This document shows positions 1 through 6,503 of a stretch of 13,053 nucleotides of DNA, in pieces. Source of the stretch: a virus. The stretch covers positions 1 to 13,053 of IMG/VR virus record IMGVR_UViG_3300045988_152568. One strand, given 5' to 3'. The notes beneath the pieces were generated by a model. It saw only the letters and a program-made list of their open reading frames with translations, was not told where the DNA came from and did not search any database. The translations under genes and the position numbers were made by a program. The number at the start of each line of letters is the position of its first letter. Positions within the stretch are counted from its first letter, which is position 1.

Positions 1-105
1 AAATCTATCACAGAAGATGATGCTAAAAAAGCTCAAGAAGATATGACAATTCATGCAAATTCCCCAACTTGTCAGACAATTATACAAATTGTGTGAAAAT
101 TAGAA

Positions 106-132
106 ACAATTCTGACAATTCTGACAATTAAT
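106..132. repeat. 9-bp tandem repeat inside left ITR (ACAATTCTG x2 plus a degenerate third copy ACAATTAAT)
   Basis: The run acaattctg acaattctg acaattaat was read directly. The core heptamer GACAATT also occurs at 45-51 and 75-81, giving 4 copies per ITR. Confidence 0.8.
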
Positions 133-168
133 CAATCTGTCTGACTTTAACACTTTGTTATGAAACTG

Positions 169-197
169 TTGACTTTTATATGCAAAACTGGTACTAT
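169..197 (+). promoter_or_regulatory. Inward-facing early promoter in left ITR
   Basis: TTGACT (169-174), 17-nt spacer, TGg (189-191), TACTAT (192-197): near-consensus -35 plus an extended -10. It faces the first RBS/ATG at 231-247. The -10 hexamer ends on the last ITR base. Confidence 0.65.
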
Positions 198-244
198 TAG
201 GTTGCAACAATTAATACGGAACATTAAGTCAGGAGTGAATGAAT

Positions 245-379
245 ATGAAATACAATCAATACTACAATAGGAACACAATGAATATCGAACACCTTGCTAA
301 AGATCTTGAAAAGCAAGGCTATACCTGTAAATTATCCGAAGATGGAGATTATTTATGTGTATACCATCTCTGTTTTTAG
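245..379 (+). CDS. Small hypothetical protein (44 aa; 46 aa if started at ATG 239), not in the supplied ORF track
   Basis: AGGAG at 231-235, ATG at 245 (alternative ATG 239), TAG at 377-379. Translation: MKYNQYYNRNTMNIEHLAKDLEKQGYTCKLSEDGDYLCVYHLCF. It is the first ORF after the ITR promoter. It ends in a T5 run directly before the stop. Confidence 0.35.
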   Translation: MKYNQYYNRNTMNIEHLAKDLEKQGYTCKLSEDGDYLCVYHLCF

Positions 380-519
380 ATTATGTTGAAATATCCCTAA
401 CAGGATATAAGGACTGGTCTGTTACTTATTATAAGCCATTTAAAGAGATAACATTCTATAAAGCGGCTACAAACTGGTCAGTAATCAAGCTACTCAATAA
501 ACTCTTGGTAGAAGGATAA
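355..519 (+). CDS. Small hypothetical protein (54 aa), not in the supplied ORF track; possibly the -1 frame continuation of the preceding ORF
   Basis: GGAG at 344-347, ATG at 355, TAA at 517-519. Translation: MCIPSLFLDYVEISLTGYKDWSVTYYKPFKEITFYKAATNWSVIKLLNKLLVEG. It overlaps 245-379 by 25 nt. Confidence 0.35.
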   Translation: MCIPSLFLDYVEISLTGYKDWSVTYYKPFKEITFYKAATNWSVIKLLNKLLVEG

Positions 520-544
520 AAATTAGGAAAGGTGAGAACATACA

Positions 545-775
545 ATGAAAAGAAGTAAAAAACAAGTTAATGAATTTTATAAATACTACGCAAAGAAAAA
601 AGCGGATGCAGTCACAGAATTCATGGATTATAATGGACTATGGGGAGAGTTTAAAGTGTCCGGCTATAAGCGTCCAACAATGTTTCTGAAATGGGTAAAG
701 GGCATCGTAGTATACCCGGATGGTAGTTTTGAACAGTCTGATGATTGGATTGCATCAAGGTTCAGAAAGGAGTAG
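545..775 (+). CDS. Small basic early protein, function unknown (positional candidate for a DNA-binding replication accessory protein)
   Basis: 76-aa ORF with a GGAAAGGTGAG RBS region upstream and a lysine-rich N-terminus (MKRSKKQVNEFYKYYAKKKAD). It lies directly upstream of the TP/polymerase pair, where phi29 encodes small early proteins. The function is a guess from position only. Confidence 0.55.
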   Translation: MKRSKKQVNEFYKYYAKKKADAVTEFMDYNGLWGEFKVSGYKRPTMFLKWVKGIVVYPDGSFEQSDDWIASRFRKE

Positions 776-777
776 CA

Positions 778-1425
778 ATGGCTTTAAAGGGTACAGAAAG
801 AATAACAACCAAGTGGCAGGATATAAATCCATATAAAATCAATGAAAAAGAATTAGCCAGACTTTATACAAGTCTGGCTAAACGTCTAAATCAGCGCATG
901 GTTCGTTTAGAGAGAGCAGGATTTACTTCTGAATCCGGCGGTGCATACGCTAATTACAATGTAATTCTTAAAAAGTTCGGATATAACAAAAGAATAAGAG
1001 AAAAAATAAAGTTGGATTACAGCGATCGGAACGTCCTTTATATGCAGATTTCTTCTATGCGTAAGCAGGTACAAATGATGCAGAATGTCTTAAAAGCAAA
1101 AAGTTCTACGGTGCCAGGTTGGAAGTCGATCATAAAAAAGAGACGTGAGAAGCTGTCTGAATATGGACTTGAGTTTAAAGATACAAGTGAAATGAGTGCT
1201 TTTTTCCAGTCTTATGCTTTTGAACTTATAAGTCTTTTATACTCTTCTGAACAGGCTGTAGAATTCGTTGGTAAAGCCTTGCGTGATGGCGACACAATGA
1301 GTGAAATAATTAGCAAATTAGAGGAGTTTAGAGATCGTACGGACATAGACAGAGTGGATGATGTAGCAAAGTCACTAGGATTCTCTGGAGAAGCAGAAGC
1401 ATTAAAATATAAATACAAGGGGTAA
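778..1425 (+). CDS. Putative terminal protein (215 aa)
   Basis: ATG 778 is preceded by AAAGGAG (766-772). The track start at 745 is a TTG without an RBS. The gene lies immediately upstream of the protein-primed polymerase (stop 1425, pol ATG 1430), as gene 3/gene 2 do in phi29. It is charged, helical-looking and close in size to known TPs. The genome has ITRs. No motif proves the assignment. Confidence 0.5.
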   Translation: MALKGTERITTKWQDINPYKINEKELARLYTSLAKRLNQRMVRLERAGFTSESGGAYANYNVILKKFGYNKRIREKIKLDYSDRNVLYMQISSMRKQVQMMQNVLKAKSSTVPGWKSIIKKRREKLSEYGLEFKDTSEMSAFFQSYAFELISLLYSSEQAVEFVGKALRDGDTMSEIISKLEEFRDRTDIDRVDDVAKSLGFSGEAEALKYKYKG

Positions 1426-1429
1426 AAAA

Positions 1430-3556
1430 ATGGTTATAGCAGGATATCCAGTATTATCATATAAAGACTATGATTACATGCGTCTTTTTGACGGTAATTT
1501 CATTCGCAAAAGTAATGCAGGACACTTCCAGTCTTTTTATGAAAAAATAATAACGATTGATACTGAAACGTATGTTTCAGATACAGAAGATATAGGCTGG
1601 GTAACTGATTGGACTATAACTATAGAAAATGATTGCTGTTTGTACGGTAATCACGTACGTAATCTTATCAATACGATTGACCGGATCTGTGACACATTGC
1701 GTGCCGATAAAGAGCATACAGTACGATTTTATATCCATAATCTGTCATATGATTATATGTTTTTAAGGAATCATCTGCTAGAAAAGTTTGGAGTTCCTGA
1801 CCGTAAATTAGCTGTTAAAACTCACCGGTACGTATTTATGCAATGGCAGTCTTTTGGACTTGAAATAAGAGATTCTGCCATACTTACTCAACGTACTCTT
1901 GAACGTCTCTGTAAGGACATGGGGACACTTGAAAAAGCTACTGGTACATGGGACTATAAAAAGAAAAGAACTCCGGAATCTGGACGTACTGTAAAGGAAA
2001 TGACATACGTCTGCATTGATACGATTTGTCTTTGTAAAGCGTTACGACTTTATTTATCACAAAGAAACGTGAACGTAGCCACTGCCCCACTGACTAATAC
2101 AGGCTTTATCCGTAATCAAGCAAGATCACGTTCACGTAAGGACAAGAAATGGCATAAGAAATTTATGTCAATGCAACTCACGCTAGCTCAGTACGAGTTA
2201 CTCACAGCCTGCTATCACGGCGCCTATTCTCATGCGAGCAGATACTATGTCAATCAGTTAATTACTGAACCGGTGGAGTGCTACGATTTTATAAGTTCTT
2301 ATCCAGCTAGAATGGCGTATGAAAAGTTTCCTATGACAAACTTTGTAGAAACAAAGTTATCCTTACAAGATATAATGGATTTAAAAGAAAGTTATGCTTT
2401 TGCCGGCTATATCCGACTGAAAAAATTACGTTTGAAAAAAGATCACCCTATGCCACCGCTTGCTTTTCACAAAGCAAAAGTTTGTGTATTTCCAGATGCA
2501 GAGATTATAAGCAAAAAGAAAGCTATGGAATTGAACCTTGATAATGGCAAGATCGTAAACGCAGATCTTGTCATATATCCCTTTACGGATCCGGATTTGC
2601 AAGTCATTTTTGAAGCCTATGACTTTGAATGGGCTGACGTTTCAAACGTCATAAGAGCAAAGAAAGACTATCTTCCGGATTGGTTGATATCTTATATGAT
2701 TGAATTATTTGAGCATAAGAATACGCTGAAACATGCTGACCCTGTGTTATATATGATTTCAAAAGGCGAACTAAATGGAATCTACGGCATGATGGTTCAA
2801 AAGATGATACAATCCATGTTTGAAGAAGATTATGAAACTGGGCTATGGTCTGATGTTTTAAGTGAATCAGAATATGAAGAAAAGTTACAAAAGTATTACA
2901 GAAGTCGTAACAGTTTTTTACCATATCAATGGGGAGTATGGGTGACAGCCTATGCGCAGGCTGAGTTATTCGAACTTGGGAAGTGTTGCAAAAAATGGTA
3001 TTACTCAGACACCGATTCCGTTAAGGGTACAGACTGGGATAGAAAAAAACTTGCTGAGTATAATGATAAAGTAATGAAAAAATCTACAGAACGTGGACTT
3101 GGAACTGTAGTGTTTAATGGGGAATCACATACACTTGGTATTGCCGAGTTTGACGGCATTTACAATGAATTTAAAACAATGGGTAGTAAGCGTTACTGTT
3201 ACCGCGAAAAAGGAAAACTAAAACAGACTGTTGCAGGAGTGCCAAAAGACGGCGTTTATTGTCTTGATGATGACATAAATAATTTCGAAAAAGGTTTTAT
3301 CTATAGGAATAGTCTCACTTATCGCAGAAACTACCGTCGTGCGAACGACTGGAAAAAAGACCCAAGTTGGAAACTTAAAACGGAATATCTGTATAACAAA
3401 GGAATTAACAAAATAGTTGTTGATGGCTGTGATATAGAGTATGGTTGCGCAATCCGTTTATCCGATACAGAGTATGAGTTGGATCATACGATTCCGTATG
3501 ATAAGGAAACAGGGTTGCCGTTGCCATTTGAGACAAAAGAAGTTTTATATAGTTAA
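1430..3556 (+). CDS. Protein-primed family B DNA polymerase
   Basis: 708 aa. Exo I is ITIDTETY (D codon at 1559-1561), Exo II is YIHNLSYDYMF, Exo III is YVCIDTICL. Motif A is YDFISSYPA, motif B is SKGELNGIYG, motif C is YSDTDS (3002-3019), and the KxY motif is GSKRYCY. Long insertions between motifs A and B are consistent with TPR-type regions of protein-primed enzymes. Confidence 0.95.
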   Translation: MVIAGYPVLSYKDYDYMRLFDGNFIRKSNAGHFQSFYEKIITIDTETYVSDTEDIGWVTDWTITIENDCCLYGNHVRNLINTIDRICDTLRADKEHTVRFYIHNLSYDYMFLRNHLLEKFGVPDRKLAVKTHRYVFMQWQSFGLEIRDSAILTQRTLERLCKDMGTLEKATGTWDYKKKRTPESGRTVKEMTYVCIDTICLCKALRLYLSQRNVNVATAPLTNTGFIRNQARSRSRKDKKWHKKFMSMQLTLAQYELLTACYHGAYSHASRYYVNQLITEPVECYDFISSYPARMAYEKFPMTNFVETKLSLQDIMDLKESYAFAGYIRLKKLRLKKDHPMPPLAFHKAKVCVFPDAEIISKKKAMELNLDNGKIVNADLVIYPFTDPDLQVIFEAYDFEWADVSNVIRAKKDYLPDWLISYMIELFEHKNTLKHADPVLYMISKGELNGIYGMMVQKMIQSMFEEDYETGLWSDVLSESEYEEKLQKYYRSRNSFLPYQWGVWVTAYAQAELFELGKCCKKWYYSDTDSVKGTDWDRKKLAEYNDKVMKKSTERGLGTVVFNGESHTLGIAEFDGIYNEFKTMGSKRYCYREKGKLKQTVAGVPKDGVYCLDDDINNFEKGFIYRNSLTYRRNYRRANDWKKDPSWKLKTEYLYNKGINKIVVDGCDIEYGCAIRLSDTEYELDHTIPYDKETGLPLPFETKEVLYS

Positions 3557-3584
3557 AAAAGGGATGCAAATTTGCATCCCTTTT
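3557..3584. terminator. Bidirectional intrinsic terminator between the converging arms
   Basis: Perfect 28-bp palindrome aaaagggatgcaaa/tttgcatccctttt with a GC-containing core, flanked by an A-run upstream and a T-run downstream. This gives a U-tract on both strands. It begins 1 nt after the polymerase stop. Confidence 0.75.
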
Positions 3585-3606
3585 AAATGTTTCACGTGAA
3601 ACATTT
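3585..3606. promoter_or_regulatory. 22-bp perfect palindrome aaatgtttcacgtgaaacattt (copy 1 of a repeated 18-nt motif)
   Basis: Read directly. It overlaps the TAA stop (3605-3607) of the tail fibre gene. Its core ATGTTTCACGTGAAACAT recurs at 6486-6503 with one central change. Confidence 0.5.
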
Positions 3607-4849
3607 ACATTGTAATTGATCCTCTGTGAATTTGTACCTGTGTTACGGTTGTCAAGGTTCTGTAGTTGTGTTTGTCATCGCTAATATCATACAGAGCGAG
3701 ATAAATCTGTCTCGCTCTGAAATTAAGCTGAGCCGGAATGTGATAAAAATCAGATCCGGATTTTACAATCACAGTTGTTGGATAACATGTATAACCGTTT
3801 CCATCACCAACAAAGGAAGTTGAATAGATTCTTCCGATATAGTATTCTGTACCATTACAAATAAGTTCTCCGCTGTTTGGAAAACAAACATAATCGCCCC
3901 AGATGATATTGCTGGTGTTTTCTTTGTAATTTGTAACGATCACCCAACTACTTCCTGGAGCTGCTATAAAATCTCCTGCTTCAAAGTTTGAAGTTACATC
4001 ATAAAAGGATGGATGGCAAGAGCCGGTCTTTACTGCTTCCGCAAGGTAGCTAGCGAGTCGTTCTTGTCCGGTTGTGTTTGGGTGAAATCCGTCCGAGCCC
4101 ATGAATCCGTCAGCGTGTAAAATATATTCACTTCCATTAAGATAGGTCCATTTTTTCCGCTGTGTGTTATACACACTCTTTGCAATTTTGAACCTGTTCC
4201 ACTGGGTGCTGTCTACTGACCATGCAACCATTGCTACAAAAATTTTAGCATTCGGAAATCGTGTCTGTGCCACCCCATAAAAGGCATTGATTGCATTTTC
4301 AATTTCTGAATAAGTACCGAACTCATTGTAACCCCCTACAACTAAGATCTGCTTTACAGATGGATCAGCGTCAATCTGATTCAAAAGCATAAGGAATGAG
4401 TTGTTAGATGTTGAAAAAGAAGCACCACCATTGCTTTTGATAGTTACATTATCAATAGAGCAGTAATCCAAAAAGTGCTCTGTCCAAGGAGTTATGTTTC
4501 CATCCGGGGTATATCCTACTGTGTAGCTGTCACCGATAATGATAGTTCTGCCGCTTAAATCAAATAAACCGTCTCTTTTTTCAAGATCAGAAATCAGTTT
4601 ACCCTGTTCGGTTACTGTGCCTTTTAATGGTTCAATTTCATCCGTTAAGATTTTTTTCGTTGCAGCGTCAACTACTTTTCCAATCTCTCCGGAATCTAGT
4701 GAATCTTTAATTGCTTCGTCAATCTGCTTTTGTGCGGTTCCTTTTATGTCTGACCATTCTTTATGATCCTCTCCTGCCTGCTTTGCTACTTTTAATAAGT
4801 AGTCTAGGTTCATGTCCTGCATAGAACCGTGAGGATACGTATTAATCAT
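3605..4849 (-). CDS. Tail fibre / appendage protein with central SGNH (GDSL-type) esterase domain
   Basis: 414 aa, ATG 4849 with an AGGAAGGAGAG RBS. SGNH block I is IIIGDSYTVG (GDS at 4526-4534), block III is VVGGYNEF, block V is SDGFHPN (DxxH). There is an N-terminal coiled-coil-like segment and a beta-rich C-terminal part of about 130 aa. It is the last gene of the structural operon, after the collar. Confidence 0.7.
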   Translation of the reverse strand: MINTYPHGSMQDMNLDYLLKVAKQAGEDHKEWSDIKGTAQKQIDEAIKDSLDSGEIGKVVDAATKKILTDEIEPLKGTVTEQGKLISDLEKRDGLFDLSGRTIIIGDSYTVGYTPDGNITPWTEHFLDYCSIDNVTIKSNGGASFSTSNNSFLMLLNQIDADPSVKQILVVGGYNEFGTYSEIENAINAFYGVAQTRFPNAKIFVAMVAWSVDSTQWNRFKIAKSVYNTQRKKWTYLNGSEYILHADGFMGSDGFHPNTTGQERLASYLAEAVKTGSCHPSFYDVTSNFEAGDFIAAPGSSWVIVTNYKENTSNIIWGDYVCFPNSGELICNGTEYYIGRIYSTSFVGDGNGYTCYPTTVIVKSGSDFYHIPAQLNFRARQIYLALYDISDDKHNYRTLTTVTQVQIHRGSITM

Positions 4850-4867
4850 TATGTGCTCTCCTTCCTA

Positions 4868-5554
4868 TTAATAAACCAGAATCAGTAAGTCACTGGCAAA
4901 TAATCCTGTACAATAATCTATAAACGATTGCTTCCTTAATTGTAATTCGCTTTCTAACATTTGCTGAGACGTTGTCACACCTATGTTTCCGTGAATCTGC
5001 CCGGTATGGGTCGTAGTCCCTTTTTCTGTATTTTTTTCAGTTCGCCCATACTCAATGTCGTTTACATCTTGTCCGGAAGTTTCCATTTTTGTACTATTTC
5101 CATAAGTGGTTGTATCTTCCCTTGACGGCTGATAAGTGCTCGAATCAAAAGCACTCACTTTTTCTTCCATACTGTCAGTTCCTGTGTTTGACGTAACGGA
5201 TCCTCTGCCTGCTTGTAAGGTGTTTTTGTCCTTACCACCTGTTACAGTGTTTCGCTCAATGTTTGGAGAATCTGCCCAACTCTCCTGTCTGTCATAGTTC
5301 TCGATTGGATTGTACTCTTTTTTTAATGCAAGAAAGACCCTTTCAATGGAGTCCTGCCATTTTTTTGACCATGCCGGAATAGCTGACTGTTTCATAAAAT
5401 CGCCATTCGGATAGAGTGGTTCACAATCACCATAGGATAAAAGCAAGCTGTCAATAAAGTTCTGTTTGTCAGCATCTGCCGGAAAAGTCATCTTGTCGAA
5501 TAAGCTTTTATCATATTCATAAAGTCCGGCTATCGTAATTCTATACATCCCCAT
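4868..5554 (-). CDS. Lower collar / head-tail adaptor-like structural protein
   Basis: 228 aa directly downstream of the portal (14-nt overlap). It contains an EYNPIENYDR motif that I recall from collar/adaptor proteins of small Gram-positive podophages, and a Thr/Ser/Gly-rich central low-complexity region. Assignment is mostly by position (gp10 then gp11 order in phi29). Confidence 0.5.
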   Translation of the reverse strand: MGMYRITIAGLYEYDKSLFDKMTFPADADKQNFIDSLLLSYGDCEPLYPNGDFMKQSAIPAWSKKWQDSIERVFLALKKEYNPIENYDRQESWADSPNIERNTVTGGKDKNTLQAGRGSVTSNTGTDSMEEKVSAFDSSTYQPSREDTTTYGNSTKMETSGQDVNDIEYGRTEKNTEKGTTTHTGQIHGNIGVTTSQQMLESELQLRKQSFIDYCTGLFASDLLILVY

Positions 5555-6467
5555 TTGTTACACCTGCCTTTTTGTAGTCTCTGATCTTTATGTTTAGTTT
5601 CAAAGTTGGATAAAGACTGTTTGTCATGTCAACTCCTGTCTGCATGGTTTCTAGCCATGTAGTAAGTCGTGTCACAGATTCAATGTCGTTTTTTTCAGTT
5701 TCCATGACATTCAACCGCTCTTTTTTATCAGAACCGACAGACGGAATCCCAACTTCTGTATCAAACTGGTCAAGAAGCTTTTCAAACACTTCAATTAATT
5801 CTTTTGAAATGAAGTTGTTTTTCAAATCTTTGTTGAAAAATTCAAACGGTTCTGAACTTTTCCCCCTCATGTTTGTGTTCTCATTTTCTTTTATTGAAAC
5901 ATCATACGCAACTGCCGGGTTACCCTCCTGCACTTGGTCATAGACTTTTTCCAGTGTTTTAGCAGCGCTTTTGTTTTTGGCAGCTATCATAAAAGCTAAC
6001 TTGCTGTTGAATACGTTCATATCAAACGCAGAAGCTACCAGAGCCAATTTGTAACTATAATAACCGATAATGTCAAAAATTCCACATCTTGATGGACGTA
6101 AAAAGATCACGCTGCAATCTTTGCCAATCTTTAAATCCTGTAAGCTTATGATTGCATTGGTAGCATATGTGTTAATGCTTGCAAGCGTTGGCTTGCAATA
6201 CATATCATATCCACTGATCGCGGGATACTGAGCAATCATTCCATATGCATCAGTATATGTGATTGCAATAAATCCCCCACCTAGCAGGCAATACTTAAAA
6301 TAGTCAATGTCAAAATTTGCATTGTATGTTATATCAAATATAGAACACACTCTTTCATACAGCATACGATCAAACGTGTCAGTATATAGACTGTCTGCCT
6401 TGATTCCAGACGGTTGGAAGTAATTTGAAATGATATTGATTTTATCAAATCCAATCGGACACCACAT
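5541..6467 (-). CDS. Portal (upper collar / connector) protein, phi29 gp10-like
   Basis: 308 aa (phi29 gp10 is about 309 aa). The segments VYDQVQEGNPAVAYD and SDKKERLNVMETEKNDIESV resemble my recollection of the gp10 segments VYNQYEGNAPVIF and [21 protein letters not shown]. RBS is AGAGGTGA. Confidence 0.8.
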   Translation of the reverse strand: MWCPIGFDKINIISNYFQPSGIKADSLYTDTFDRMLYERVCSIFDITYNANFDIDYFKYCLLGGGFIAITYTDAYGMIAQYPAISGYDMYCKPTLASINTYATNAIISLQDLKIGKDCSVIFLRPSRCGIFDIIGYYSYKLALVASAFDMNVFNSKLAFMIAAKNKSAAKTLEKVYDQVQEGNPAVAYDVSIKENENTNMRGKSSEPFEFFNKDLKNNFISKELIEVFEKLLDQFDTEVGIPSVGSDKKERLNVMETEKNDIESVTRLTTWLETMQTGVDMTNSLYPTLKLNIKIRDYKKAGVTNGDV

Positions 6468-6485
6468 GATTTTTCACCTCTTTCT

Positions 6486-6503
6486 ATGTTTCATGTGAAA
6501 CAT
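6486..6503. promoter_or_regulatory. 18-nt palindromic motif atgtttcatgtgaaacat (copy 2)
   Basis: It lies in the 35-nt gap between tail knob and portal genes and overlaps the tail-knob TAA (6503-6505). It differs from 3587-3604 at one central base. No U-tract follows on the - strand. Confidence 0.5.

Larger units (their letters stand above)
1..197. repeat. Left inverted terminal repeat (197 bp)
   Basis: Bases 1-197 are the exact reverse complement of 12857-13053 (197/197, compared block by block). Identity stops at 198/12856. The terminus reads 5'-AAATC, i.e. a reiterated 3'-TTT template end as used for sliding-back initiation in phi29-type replication. Confidence 0.95.

Noticed and set aside
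198-238. Left-end unique non-coding stretch as the site of a phi29-style pRNA gene
   Set aside because: Only about 40 nt lie between the ITR and the first RBS. That is too short for a structured RNA, and it is already needed as the 5' leader of the early transcript.
745-777. Longer N-terminus for the terminal-protein candidate (track start 745)
   Set aside because: Position 745 is a TTG inside the upstream 76-aa ORF without an RBS. ATG 778 follows AAAGGAG at ideal spacing, right after the upstream stop.
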